Notes: a model not told the origin generated them from the letters alone. A DNA stretch of 59,023 nucleotides, filler included, from Asterionella formosa (GCA_002256025.1; 9 parts of 9 records of this genome joined end to end with filler, not necessarily neighbours in it); one strand, 5' to 3'; positions 45,998 through 58,286 are shown, numbered from the whole stretch's first letter. Numbers and translations: made by a program.

Positions 45998-47000
45998 CTG
46001 TCTTTAGGTTTAGTACTAATGGCACATGACTGCTGTGATTAGGAGACATTCCTACAAACAGTGCTCTCCTAGACCTTGGTTCCCATCTAGGTAGCTTAAT
46101 GCCATTTTGCATTTTAGGATCTAATACATAGCACGGGCAGCCCCATACATGTAAGTCCTTAAGTCCATGTCTTGGTACTAGAGACCCAGTAAATATATCA
46201 ATTGGTGGTTGTCCTGTCTGTGCTCCTGGCACGTGGTTATAGACATGTACAGCATAATCAACTGCCATGGGCCATAGCATTGCATCAGCAGTTTCAGGCC
46301 ATCTAATTGATGCATGTAGCATCATGACTCTTGCCATATTAGATACAGTTCGTATGCTTCTCTCAGCAGCCCCATTTTGGTGATGTGCACCTATTCCACA
46401 GTATTTAACCTGTTGTCCACGTGAAATGATAGCATTAACAAACTCCTTAGCGCCAAAAGTGCCATGGTCGGTCATATATCGGCCTATGAGAACCCCGTGG
46501 TTGTAAGCCCAATTTTCGAATTGTTGCTTACCCGTGAGTGTTTCGGTTGCTGAGAATCCCACCAGGTGGTGGACATAAAGAAGGCCGGATGCATGGTCCA
46601 CAAAGATACAGCCCCCTTATACATACAGGAGTCATGTGACTTTCCTTGCGAAGAATATTGTCTTCCAAGCACTCATGATTCGAAATGGTCTACAGATACT
46701 CCTGAGCCTGGATCTATGTCTCCTACTAGCTTCACCGTTCCCTCCCTCTCAGGCGATGGAGTGCCAATTGTGCTTTTAAAGGTTTCCTTTGGGCCTTCCC
46801 ATACTCACATGCTGCACACTTGGGTGCAGTACAATGGGCAGCTGCTCTAATTTTTAGATTATTACCAAATGACGGTTGTCGTAGTAACCACTGTATAGTA
46901 GCAGGGCCCAAATGTCCCAATTTATAATGCCAGCGCAGATACTCCTTCTGAGCTTCTGTTAGGTTCTGGTTACGATCCTCAGTGACGCAAAGATCCCCCT
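45998..47000 (-). mobile_element. Ty1/Copia integrase remnant (HHCC/GAG-pre-integrase and core domain)
   Basis: LRWHYKLGH...PKCAACEYGKA, SVDHFES, FVDHASG, GAHHQNGAAERSI, LWPMAVDYA, VWGCPCYVLDP...KLPRWEPRSR; frameshifts. Confidence 0.93.
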
Positions 47001-47220
47001 TGTGAAAAAATGACCCCAACAAAGTGTACACTGGTTTCAAAACTACTTCTAAAAGTTCCAAATCTAGTAGTGATTAGTTTTATTTACTTTTTTCATTCAT
47101 TTTAATAGAATTTATACTTCAACCCACCTATGTAGTATGCAACTTGTTATATTGCATGTACTATATTATGCATATGGCTGGGTTCATGCATATAGTGTGT
47201 ACTGGTAGTACCCGAGAAGA

Positions 47221-47660
47221 TAGCTCGCATTTGCGCTGGAATATAATTATTTAGCTGAAATCATGCTATTCTTTTGTATATAGAATACGCTATAGTGTAG
47301 CAGTAGTCGTGGTTGCAAGCGGCTGCAGCATTCTTCATCATCATGTCGTTGCAGCATTGACCATGATGAAAATAGCGACCATCTTGACGAAAAATGAGAA
47401 TGACGCTTTCCTATTTGAGACATATATCAAACAAGACATAGAAAGTACAATCGTACAAGAATAATCATAATCACACTAATATTGACGACGAAAATGGAAG
47501 TCGCCGCTGGCATATTTTTTCATTTAATTTAGAGATGCGCAATTTTATACGACGATGCTACGAGCAGATACCACGCTTTTACAGTAGCTATATAACAAAT
47601 AAGACTACGACTACAGCAGTAACATGAATAATCGAAGCAAAGTATGTGAATTAAGGTCAA
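47221..47660 (+). repeat. Partial copy of the 7198-8060 dispersed repeat
   Basis: Shares ATTATTTAGCTGA, CATCATGTCGT, TTGACCATGA, ACGAAAA.TGAGAA.GACGCT, ACATATATCAA. Confidence 0.8.
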
Positions 47661-47928
47661 CTACTGAGAATTTATTGATTGCGAATTGGCAATTTGTAAA
47701 TACAATTGGCAATTTGTAAATACGACTTGTAGAAGCAGACAAATGTCGGTATGATGTCATCAAAACTACCAGTAATGCGCTATAGTCGTAACAGGTAGTA
47801 CTACATGAAACACGGTCTATACTTGGCTAGCCATGCATGTGGCAACAGGAGTGTCCCGGCACCGGGGTTACCGCTAACTCAATTTTGTTCCGTAGTGACG
47901 TAGCTAGGCAGCATTCTCAAATGAATTA

Positions 47929-48018
47929 AGGACTATATTTGTCTAGTTTAAGCAAAATTTTGCTTAAAGTTCAGTTTTGCTTAAAGTAGAGTCCATTTTC
48001 TTAAACTAACATAGTCCC
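47929..48018. mobile_element. Very small Tourist-like MITE
   Basis: tta|AGGACTAT...TAGTTTAAGCAAAAT and ATTTTCTTAAACTAACATAGTCCC|taa, imperfect TIRs flanked by TTA/TAA. Confidence 0.55.
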
Positions 48019-48599
48019 TAAGTACTTAACCCCGAAATTTCAATTCGTCAGAACCTGTTTTGTCCCTAATTATCAGAAATTATCAAATTTTGTCAGGCAG
48101 GCGCGAACCATTAGGAGTTTCATACTTTGATAACTTAATGGCTGCCGAGCCGGGAAATATTTGTCGGTTTTGGGAATGTGTACATTGAGAAGCAAAATTA
48201 CCGCAACTTGCAGGTATGGCTGGATGCAATTTTTGAGGCCACCGGGTAGACCCTGTAGGGCTAGTATTAGCATAAACCCTAAACCTATGGTATATAATAT
48301 TTTGCGCCTGGATTGGCATGTTATAATCACATCCACCATGTTGTAATTATTCTGTTACTTTACTCAACAAAAGAACATCCTCCCGTGCCGCTTCAAATAG
48401 CTTTCTTTCCTCCATGAGTAGCGCTACAATTAAACACCGGAAGCGGCACGGGACGACACAACTTGCTTCATATATGAACTATTTTTTGTTGGGCATGGAG
48501 ATCCACGCCTATCATTCATTTGTTATCCCTAAAGAAGTAAATTAAATTTTATAGTGCGTTAAAGCTATCCAATAATCGCACTCGTGCCCATTTGAATGA

Positions 48600-48767
48600 A
48601 AACAATTAGTACCGGTTTTATTCATCCATACGGTACAACAGGAACTGTCTCTTTTTCAGCCTCATCGCCCGGAACTCTAGGGACTACAAAAAAGAAGGAC
48701 AGGTGGAGGATGCAGGAATCGAACCCGCCACCTCATGAGGTGTGCTAACCAATTAAGCCATTCCCCC
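48600..48767 (-). mobile_element. tRNA(Ala-like)-derived pseudogene or SINE; head 48767-48704 lacks an intact anticodon arm
   Basis: Minus strand GGGGGAATGGCTTAATTGGTTAGC...GCGGGTTCGATTCCTGCATCCTCCA with A and B boxes and an acceptor-like stem; then ~100 bp ending AATAAAACCGGTACT. Confidence 0.7.
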
Positions 48768-49348
48768 ATTCATTGGTCATCTCTCACCAGTAAACCAACA
48801 TGTTGCAAGTGTCCCCTTGTTGTTGTTGTTGTCTTGATTGTATAACCCGTATTTTTCGAATCACACAGACATTGAGGAGGACATGATAGAAACAAAATTT
48901 CATCATGATGCACCAGAGTTAACACCCTTTTTAAATTTTGTTGGGGAATCAATACAAAATCAAAGTGTTTTTAAATTCTAGTAGAAGTCTAGCAGGTCAT
49001 CTAGTGCAACCATTGGCTATGCCCTCTCCTTCTTGTCATATTTTTTCAAAGTCATAGCACTTGTAGTCTCAGAAATTGGTCCAGACGAAACTATTAGAAA
49101 GACTGCGCCAAATGTTTCATGTAAGATTGTACGTTATTATGGCACAACGAGGAAATCATGGCTGCGCCAGGATTTTTGACCATCTGAGTTTATAAGAGTA
49201 AAATTCAACACTACAGTGACATATACGTTTCCAGCATGGAGAGAATAATTACAACCAACATCCTCTCCCTTCCTCCGGCTTTTCAGCTGCCTCACTATTA
49301 AAAAATCCTTCATCAACTCACATATTGTTTGTTGCACCAACAGAAGGT

Positions 49349-49730
49349 GAAATGGTGCAACATTGAGATCCGCAATGGATGCTTTGAACGTAAGATTAAT
49401 TGTTTTTCTCGCTATTTTTGAGTTACCAAGCGAGCAATGACGCATATTGATATGCTGTTTTTCTCAACATTCATTGTAAATTTGAACAGGACTTTTCAGA
49501 AAAGGAGTGTTCTTTTAAAAGCAGGAGTTGTAGGAGATGAAATGATGCAACATGGAAATCCGCAATGGAGGCTTTTAAGGTAAGGTTTATTTACAGTTTT
49601 GTCATCATATCAGCAAATGGAGCGATAACTCACACAGATATGTTATTATAGTTCTCTACATTTATTTGACATTCTAACAGGCAATTTCAGAGCAGGAGTG
49701 TCCTTTTGAACGCATGAGTGAGTTGTGGTG
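49349..49730 (+). repeat. Tandemly duplicated exon+intron-like unit (~190 bp) in a decayed gene
   Basis: GAAATG.TGCAACAT.G..ATCCGCAATGGA.GCTTT.AA.|GTAAG ... AACAG|G...TTTCAGA..AGGAGTGT.CTTTT present twice. Confidence 0.65.
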
Positions 49731-50889
49731 CTGCCTGCCTGATGCTGGTGATTGGCTTTCAATTAAATGGTCCGTGCTGAAACTGTTGAATGGCGCATGT
49801 GTATATGTTGCTTTCTGTTCTAGCTAATTCTATCGAATGATTTACTGACAGACTGTTGCTATGAAAACCTTTGCAAGTCAATGAAGAAGTCATTTCAAGG
49901 ACAAGAAGGAAGACACCAGGAGTGTGGTGCATTCCTGTTGCAATGTCGCACAATAATGCCTGTTCAAATGTGAATATTTGTTTATTCTGAATGAATGACG
50001 TCTATTGTTTCATTGTCCAAACAGACTTCCCATAATGCCTGCCTACTCAAGACTTCAGATTTATTCTGAAAGTGCAGTCTGGATTGCATTTCTAGATTCG
50101 TATCCCAGCATGTAGTTTGAAATAGTTGAATTAGTCACCAGATCAGGTTATGATGGTGTCAATATTTTTCCTTCTCTAGTGACCTGATTAGGAACATGTA
50201 CCACAATCTACTATATGATTGATTCAAGGACACATGGTCAAATATCGGGTGTTAAATGCCACAATTGAGAGAGGAACTTTCAGGAGAAGTTCTCCCTAAA
50301 CTATAAATGGACTTTAGGAAGCGATCTGATCTAGAGGCCAAATCAATAAATGATTGACTGGGAAATGCAGAGATGTCCACGAAATCAATGAATATTAAAG
50401 AAGCAAACGAGATATGAACTAGTTATGATTAGCTAACAGGAACATTCTGTAAGCAGTCATCAATCAAACAGCATCTGGCATAAGTTGAGACAAGTCAAGA
50501 TGAGAAATATGTGTATTTAGGAAGAGAATGTAGTTTATTCTCAATTCAAGTTGGGAACACAAATGAACCTCACCTCCAAAAATCACCTCTATTTTGAAAC
50601 ATGCATGAGCTTGGAAGTTTCAAAACTATATTCAAATTTACATTTACATAAGGTCACACTTTTATAAAAGCAACTATTAACAAACAAACGAATATAAAGC
50701 AATTTTGTACAAACAGTTTTCTAGCAATCTTTACTGCGTGAGAGCTACAGATTCGTAGCGTCTTCCAACTAGCACTTGTCATTCTTGCCAAGGACCTGGT
50801 ATGGAGTAAGGAGTACCAGGGTACCAGGTATTTCAAAGAGATGCAGGCATTCTGTACTAGGAGAGTATTGCCACCGCATCTACCAAATA

Positions 50890-52332
50890 CCAAGCCAATT
50901 GAAGTTGCTGGTCATTACACCTCATGATGCATCATGTAAATCGAAGAAACTAAAATATTTTAGTCACCGCATCGACCGAGATCATATGTGCTTTGGTCAT
51001 GGTCGAGGATTAACCCTTCTCCACCAAATATCAGATGTTTGGTCGATTAGACTCCGACTGTAGCCAAATAAAAGAAGCGCTTCTATTGGTTGAGATTATG
51101 GCTCGCACCAGCACCCTATCGTTTATGGTTTAATTATTGCATACATAATTACAGTATATTCACTATAGTCTCTTCATGAAGAAATCTATAGGCAAATTTC
51201 ATGTTGGTGCATATACATATTGAGTCAACATCATAAAATAATAATCATCATCAGGATGGGTTCCAGTGTCAGTTGGGAGAAGGAAGAGGAAAAGGCACTC
51301 GTTCGGGCCTGGGTAACAGCAAGTGTTATCACTTTGGATGGTCAGAAAGCTTGCAAGTTTTGGAGCAGGGAGTTTTTTGAGATTTATTTTGAGCTCATCT
51401 CAGATGGGAAGGATCGCACCTCAACAGTGTGCACTGCCCAATGGGTAACCATCAATCAAGATGTGACAAAGTTTGCAGCTTCTATTCAGCTCTAAGATAC
51501 TCTTTCCCATAACTGTTGATTTTTGCATTACAGAAGTTTTGCAGATTGTTGAGTGTTGTTGACTCTGCCATCCTTGTTGAATTGTCCAACTGATCTGCTG
51601 ATGTTCCATACTAGGCTAACATGCAAAGCGCCAAGGTAAGTTTTTGGTGTGGCAAAAATTCCAGCAAACCCAAAGGCATCCTTCCTTCTTCTGAGAGAAG
51701 TACGAATCCGAAGCAACTAAATCATCAAGACTCCTCTTCTCAAGCAATGACCAGCTCATCCGGAAGCGCCTCCTGAAAATTGCCATTGAGTAAATCGGGT
51801 TTTCGCCAATATAATCCTTTTTCAAAAGCTTGTCGTAGTCTCTGTCCGAAAACGATTGAGATTGGAATCAACTCCCACCTTCAAGCCTCCTCCTTTGTTT
51901 TTTTCTCACTTGGCCTTCTCGCTTTGCTTCCGCATATTGCGGAAGTGGAAGAAGTGATCGTCATCTGACAAGTCCCTATCATTGCTCATTTTCGCAGTGT
52001 ATAAATAATAGTGGTATAAAGCCACAATTCTCTACGACCAATATTCAAATAAATAGTCATAGTAGTTTTTGATAGGTAGCACCAGATAGGCGTATTGCTA
52101 GCTGTGTAAGAATAATCGGCTGCTGCATGAATTAAGAGCGATACACACGTAACTACCCTCTAGCTCTATTTCTATTGGCCAAAAATTTAGGCGCGAGATT
52201 TGACTATTATAGGATTTGGTCGATGGCTCCGTTGGGAAAAAAGCAATATGAAAATTTCGACTAACTATCTGTTGATAACAAAATTCTCGACCAAGTGACG
52301 TGTATTGATATTTTCAACTGCAATTGGCCACT
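50890..52332. mobile_element. Internally deleted PIF/Harbinger element: Myb-like ORF 5' part (+, ~51256-51495) abutting transposase 5' part (-, ~51990-51495)
   Basis: SWEKEEEKALVRAWVTAS...QKACKFW...QWVTINQDVTKF; DYIGENPIYS..IFRRRFRMS...YFSQKKDA.G..G, LAYGTSADQLD...RMAEST...FC..YGKEYLR; imperfect TIR GCCAATTG.AGTTG at ~50894 and ~52328. Confidence 0.85.
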
Positions 52333-52461
52333 ACCGGGAACGTAGTCGTAAAAAATTAAACTCCCAGTTAAACCCGTACCGGTAGTGGAAGCAAGCGCTA
52401 GTAGTTAACTGCCTGGTACCAGTAGTACCGTGCACAAGCTAGCAACAATGATCATACGGTA

Positions 52462-52561
52462 NNNNNNNNNNNNNNNNNNNNNNNNNNNNNNNNNNNNNNN
52501 NNNNNTTAATTAATTAANNNNNNNNNNNNNNNNNNNNNNNNNNNNNNNNNNNNNNNNNNNN
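52462..52561. other. Artificial contig linker
   Basis: Same linker. Confidence 0.98.
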
Positions 52562-52750
52562 GCCCTGGCGGCACAATCTGCTTGTCGGGGGCAAACCCAC
52601 TATTTCTCGCACACCTGGCAAGACCGTGCAGGATGGTAAGGAGTGTGGGAGTCGAACCCAATAATTGCTTCTCAAAAAATTGCGGGAATCAAACCACACA
52701 ACTTCAGATCAAAAGCAACATGCTCAACCAATTACCATAAGCCATTCCTT
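52562..52750 (-). mobile_element. 5' part of a second copy of the double-B-box SINE, truncated by the contig end
   Basis: Reverse complement aligns with 56428-~56610 (TTTTTTGAGAAGC, GGGTTCGACTCCCACA, GTCTTGCC.GGTGTGC.AGAAATAGTGGGTT). Confidence 0.85.
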
Positions 52751-53241
52751 TATACATGAACCTAGTAGTATATCCATCAGTTAAATGATCAATGTGGTTA
52801 TTCCTACTAGTCCAAACATACACTGGGAATGAAAATGACTCAATTGTTTGCTGACTTCAACAATTTCTCAAAAAAACCAAATATCTATAAATAACAAGGA
52901 CATTGCTTCAATAATTTGAAAAATATTGCAGATAGTATGGTGAATAGAGGGAAAGAAGGATAATGATTAAAGGAGCAGCAAGCAACAGACAAAATGATCA
53001 TTATTCTCAATAAAAAACGAAATCGCCTAGAATGATGGATTTGTTCATGTTAATTATTCAAACTGCCAAAACAAAAATCTTACTAAGGACGAAATGGAGT
53101 GCCCCATTTTAAAATTACAAGTAGTCAAGTGAACACAGAAAATGAAAATTTTCTGTTAAGCGGCATCATAATGGTCCAAATATACAGCCTTGACTCACTA
53201 AACAACCATGGAAACTTTTGCACTGTTTAGCATCTTACTTC

Positions 53242-55731
53242 CTATCTAATCCGGACTTCTTCAAACGCATTGCTAAAGTTGAAATCTTGTGTGACTACAG
53301 CCTTTGCAGCACTTTCCCATTCTTGAACAGCCTCCATAACAGCTGAAGCTTTTAACAGCATTTCTTCATACTCATCACTGCTCTCACTCAAGGCCGTGAT
53401 TGCTCCACCTGCTCCAATGCTAATCTTCCATCCATTCCCTTGCTGCGAGGGAATGGCGACAGCACTTCGAATAACTATATTCATATCCATACAACCATTT
53501 AGACTCAAATAACCTAGACATCCGGAGTATACCCCTCGAGACACACCTTCTTCCATTTCATTTAGAAGTTCTACAGTCCGCAGTTTTGGTGCGCCTGTCA
53601 TGCTTCCTCCAGGGAAGCTAGCTTTAAGTACGTCAACCGAATCGTATTGTAAAGGATCAAGTCGGCCGCAAATAGTTGACACCATTTGGTGAACAGTTGC
53701 ATAGGATTCTATGTTCATCAACGTCGGGACATGAATAGAGCCAACTTTGCAAACTCGGCTGAGGTCATTCCTTAGCAAATCAACAATCATCAGATTTTCT
53801 GCTCTATTTTTTACACTGACTTCCAATTCTAGCGCACGCCTCTTGTCTTCCATGTAATCTGCAGCAGTGGCTTCTTTTCCTTCAGGGATCTTTGGCCGAG
53901 CAGCCGTGCCCTTGATGGGTTTGGCTTGGACGAGGAGCTCTGTCGAATTATCAGGAGCGTGTCTCACTGATACAAATTGCTCAGGGGAGGAACAGCAAAT
54001 CGAGAAATTAGCTCCGTTCTGGCTTTCGAAGCGAACAAACGCCGCGAAAGGGGCTGGATTACGCTTTCTCAGGATTCCATAGAGGTCTAGCGGTTTCCCG
54101 TGATCCACGACTGCCTCCAATTGATTTGTTAAGCAAAGTTCATATGTTTCTCCATTTCTAATTTCTTCATGACATTGGGCAATATTCCTCTCATAGGTTC
54201 TCCGAGATCTATTTGGTAGGAAACTCACTGATGGTTGAAAAGTGTAGGAATCTGTCGTGCGCTTCGACACTGACTCTCTAAGTTGACGTATCCTTGTTGA
54301 CACTTTCTTCATCCAGCCTACCAACTCCGAACTATCACTCCCTTGCCGCGAGACTCCTATCAAATAATAATCATTTTTCCAGTGGTCATATACAATTGAA
54401 TAATCACAAAACAGAAAAGCTGATGTTGGGACATTAGACTTCGAGAAAACCTTTTGTGCAAAGGTATCACTCTTTCCATAATGATCTTTTTCCATAAATT
54501 CTTGAGTATCATGCCTGACTTCGTACCCCAAGAAGCCAATGTACCCCCCTCTGTAGTCAAAGGGTAGCAACGTTTGATTCATTTTATAGACTTCGAAATC
54601 CCTCGAAATCATTTGAACTGACTCCACAGAACCTGTTTGGCATTGCAAGTAGGTCAAGATATCCATCTTGTGCTCATGCCTATTACCAAAGGTGTCAGTC
54701 ACAAACAAACCACCAGCTTGGTATTCCTTTCCGTAGTATTCGATCCGTTGACTCATAGGGCCGTCCTGTGCTGCCATGATGGAAATGCGAGAAAGTGCGG
54801 TTTGGGGCAGGATATCGGAACTCGAGCTATCCAACCAAACAGCGTGAGGAGCATCACCATAAAGCTCTTTAAAAATGTCATATGGCGTCGCCACTGAATC
54901 GTCTATTTTGTGAATCATGACCTGATATTGCTTCTGTACATGCTTTGATATTAGCATTTCTGGTGCTGTTTTCGCTTTAGCGGCATGTATAGGCAGCTTC
55001 CAATTCTTCTGTTGCTTTTCTTGACAAATCAAACAAAAGTTTCTCAGGAGCTCCTTCCCTTGCTCAGTTCCGATGGACTCAGGATGAAATTGCACCCCAT
55101 AATGTGGATTTTTTGGGTGCGAAAGACCCATGAGCACCTTTGTACCATCCTCTTCTACGGACCAAGCAGTCGCAACCAAGGGCGAGCGCTCCAAATTCTC
55201 CACAACGAGAGAGTGATATCGCACAACAGAAAGAGGACTGATGATTCCTTTCCAAAGAGCGTCACCCTGGTCGTGCCGAACCTTTCGAACTTGCCCATGA
55301 ACAGGGCCACAAGGCGCTAGTTCGACGGAAGCACCATAAACATGGCCAAGCGCTTGATGGCCCAAACAAACGCCTAAAATTGGTAGGTCCGGAGAGTCAG
55401 ATATGATCTGCAATGTTCTTCCCATATCAGAGGCGCGTTGAGGTCGCCCTGGGCCTGGTGAGAGTACCAGGCCGTCGCATTGTGGAAGAGCCCCAGTAAA
55501 ATCCTTGGACAACACCAGCGGCGGGGAGGTACACAACTCAGCCAATATGTTGTAGAGATTGTAGGTGTAGGAATCGTAGTGATCCAACAACACAAGCTGT
55601 AAAGAAAACTTTCCGACCAGCCCGTAAAGTCTGGACGATGATTGAGCACGAGGAGCAGCTGTCACATGAAATGCTGACACTTCTGTTGCAATAAGCCAGA
55701 TGGCAAGCCAAAATGTGAAAGTTGTCACCAT
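53242..55731 (-). CDS. ADCS: Bifunctional aminodeoxychorismate synthase (PabA-PabB fusion, folate/pABA pathway), 829 aa, plastid-type presequence
   Basis: GATase: DHYDSYTYN, SPGPG, GVCLGHQ, RYHSL, QFHPES; synthase: GETYELCLT, SSPE, KPIKGT, KNRAENLMIVDLLRNDL, FPGGSMTGAPK, GAGGAI; signal peptide + VSAF; intronless. Confidence 0.96.
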   Translation of the reverse strand: MVTTFTFWLAIWLIATEVSAFHVTAAPRAQSSSRLYGLVGKFSLQLVLLDHYDSYTYNLYNILAELCTSPPLVLSKDFTGALPQCDGLVLSPGPGRPQRASDMGRTLQIISDSPDLPILGVCLGHQALGHVYGASVELAPCGPVHGQVRKVRHDQGDALWKGIISPLSVVRYHSLVVENLERSPLVATAWSVEEDGTKVLMGLSHPKNPHYGVQFHPESIGTEQGKELLRNFCLICQEKQQKNWKLPIHAAKAKTAPEMLISKHVQKQYQVMIHKIDDSVATPYDIFKELYGDAPHAVWLDSSSSDILPQTALSRISIMAAQDGPMSQRIEYYGKEYQAGGLFVTDTFGNRHEHKMDILTYLQCQTGSVESVQMISRDFEVYKMNQTLLPFDYRGGYIGFLGYEVRHDTQEFMEKDHYGKSDTFAQKVFSKSNVPTSAFLFCDYSIVYDHWKNDYYLIGVSRQGSDSSELVGWMKKVSTRIRQLRESVSKRTTDSYTFQPSVSFLPNRSRRTYERNIAQCHEEIRNGETYELCLTNQLEAVVDHGKPLDLYGILRKRNPAPFAAFVRFESQNGANFSICCSSPEQFVSVRHAPDNSTELLVQAKPIKGTAARPKIPEGKEATAADYMEDKRRALELEVSVKNRAENLMIVDLLRNDLSRVCKVGSIHVPTLMNIESYATVHQMVSTICGRLDPLQYDSVDVLKASFPGGSMTGAPKLRTVELLNEMEEGVSRGVYSGCLGYLSLNGCMDMNIVIRSAVAIPSQQGNGWKISIGAGGAITALSESSDEYEEMLLKASAVMEAVQEWESAAKAVVTQDFNFSNAFEEVRIR

Positions 55732-55984
55732 TGTTGCTACAGCAATGCTTTGAAGCTAGGAAGTGTTAGCAAATGAGATATCACCATCATATTGTCTGAT
55801 CGAGTGATGGGACACACGAGCCAAAATGCAACGGCAATGAAAGCTATTCGACCTACTATTGAGTCCACCACGCCAGCAATGATTTTATGGATGCTACCTG
55901 GTACCAGGGTCCCAGGTACCAGGTACCACCGACCTACCTACCGGTATAGCAGTCAAATGAAGAACATGAGGGAAGAAGGAAAAT

Positions 55985-56227
55985 TGAGGAACGTTCTATC
56001 GTTCACGTGGTACACCATAGGCATTTACTGGTAAACACATATAGGGTTAGGGTTATGTAGACTATTTCAGAACTACCAGGTATGATATCAGGAGAGAACT
56101 CAACAAACACCTATTTAATACTTTGTGTCAACCTAGGAGAACGAGTTGCACACAAGGATTAACTATTAAGCTGAAAAACTCAACAAATGCTACTACTTCT
56201 AGTTAGATACTTCACTTTGAATTCAAA
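55985..56227 (+). mobile_element. Diverged Gypsy LTR plus adjacent priming-site region, same family as 13951-18447 (5' boundary uncertain)
   Basis: CAACAAAT.CTACTACTTCTAGTTAGATACTTCA|CTTTGAATTCAAAA matches the reverse complement of ~18237-18284. Confidence 0.82.
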
Positions 56228-56427
56228 AAGAGTCCGATTGCATTTACAACACCGATTAATGGTACAGCCGCCACAAAAAACGCTAGTCAAATATATAATC
56301 GCCCAAATCAATAATTTGGGTGGCTATGAAAAATTTGACAATGTACACATGCACATAATTTAAGGGTATGACATCACATAAAAAATATGATGCATCACAT
56401 AGTAATATATATATGATGATAGGAATG

Positions 56428-56796
56428 AAGGGATCGGCTTAGTGGTTTAGCACGTTGCCTATGATCTGAGGTTGTGAGGTTCGACTCCTACAGTTTTTTG
56501 AGAAGCCATTGTTGGGTTCGACTCCCACAATCCTTACTGTCCCGCACAGTCTTGCCTGGTGTGCAAGAAATAGTGGGTTGCCCCCCTACAAGGAGCTGCC
56601 TTGTGTCGCCTTCCTAGGCGGTCGGAGTTTCCCCTGACGCTGTGGCTAAGACAATCACCTTTTGTGAAAGGTGGTTAGGGAATCAGCTATGCTACCAAAA
56701 CTAGGGAATCACAGGTCTTGTCAGCAGGTATCACAATTGAAAGTCTTAACTAGAAATAGGGGAGTATTAATGGGCTATAAAACATACTATCCTTTC
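56428..56796 (+). mobile_element. Full-length tRNA-derived SINE (369 bp) with a 17-bp TSD
   Basis: A box ~56435-56445; B boxes GGTTCGACTCC at 56478 and 56515; tail ATAAAACATACTATCCTTTC; TSD ATATGATGATAGGAATG (56411-56427) versus ATATGATCATAGGAGTG (56797-56813). Confidence 0.85.
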
Positions 56797-57289
56797 ATAT
56801 GATCATAGGAGTGGACTAAAATAGTTTTGACAACTTCCATAATTATTTTAGAACCCACATAATTTTTGGGGACAACTGACAATATTTTCTGGGAACGCAA
56901 AGAAAAATTAATTCAGTTTGTAATCTCTACTTTACTTTGATCAAATTGATACCTCAAGGCATTTTAGCAAGAATGTGATATTTTGTTCCTTGCATTCCAG
57001 CAGCTGCTTTTCATAAAAGAGACCTGGCGCGGATGGCCCTCCTCATCGTCCTTCATTTTTAACTAAATTTGTGTACATTGTACTCGTTAACAAAAATCTG
57101 GAGCAGCCTATGCTTAGTTGGTATATCCAGACCGTACAAAAATCTGACAAACATAGCTAGTCATTAGTCTGGTTCCACGTTTTGATATGCAATCGATTAC
57201 TAATACTATAGAGCATATCTGAATTGTTACTATTTATATCACCTTTTCGGAGCGATGATAAATGATGTAGCAACCAAAATTTCAATCCA

Positions 57290-57640
57290 TATTTCTCCAC
57301 CAATTTTTAGCCGATTTCTATCTAGTAAAGTATTCGATGTACAAGAGATCAATGCCTTTATGTCAAATGTCGACATGGCTGCTCAGAACGAACGTATATT
57401 GATCAAATTAGGCATCAGTATGTGTAAAAATTTCGGTGCTTGTGGACTGATGATCAGTGATGCAAGCACAAAAAGCACAAAAAATCCAATCCATATTTAG
57501 TCTCCAACAATTTGAAGCCGAATTATGTCTAGTAACCAAATCAATGTATTCAAGATCAATACCTTTATGTCAAATATCAATATGCTTAGAACAGACATAT
57601 ATTGATCAAATTAGGCATCACTTAATATTTGCAGTGCTTG
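57290..57640. repeat. Diverged tandem duplication, period ~205 bp
   Basis: AGATCAAT.CCTTTATGTCAAAT.TC.A ... TATATTGATCAAATTAGGCATCA present twice. Confidence 0.8.
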
Positions 57641-58286
57641 CTTTGTTGTGTTCCATAATTTGGATAATCCAATTTTTCAAACAAAATTTCCTTCCACAGT
57701 TATCAATTTAGATGTAATGTAGCTGGTCTAAAAAGGAGATGGCCATTGTGGCACTTCTCATTTTCGACTTACCAAAGGATGTGCTAGCTAGTATGCAGCT
57801 GTGATAGATAGTACATTAGCTAGCAGCAATGTACCAGAACTCAAATCTATGATTCTCTACCAAATTGTATCCAGCTGCGAAATTGGAAAGGATTCGATGT
57901 GCATGAGATCAATTCCTATATTTTGTGTGTCGAGATGCAACAACTAGTACTATTTCTATCAAATTTTCAAATTCGATCGTTGACAGATCCTCATTCTTTG
58001 CTTCTGTTTCTATCATGTTCTTTCTAGAGTTATCATTGTAGACTATTTCTAGCCGCTCCGAAAAGGAGAAGGCAATCGATGCCCATCTCAATTTCGAGTT
58101 ACTACAGTGACATGCAAGGCTCAACAATGATCACTGAGTATCAACAATTTTTTACTTCTAATCTGTCTGGCAATTGAAAGCTCAACAAACAATCAGCAAT
58201 GACAAAACAATGTGCAATAATGTGTCGACTAGCTACTACAACTTCATCAGCTTAATTCTTCTGTGTGAATCTTCCTCTTGCAAGTG

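Noticed and set aside
48704..48767. Functional tRNA-Ala gene
   Set aside because: No intact anticodon stem-loop; treated as a tRNA-derived relic or SINE head.
4631..55731. GT-like gene, CLC, hydrolase and ADCS as a gene cluster or endogenous giant-virus region
   Set aside because: They are on different contigs joined artificially, and no viral hallmark genes (capsid, packaging ATPase, PolB) are visible.
56041..56055. TAGGGTTAGGGTTA as a telomeric repeat
   Set aside because: Only about two units, internal to an LTR.
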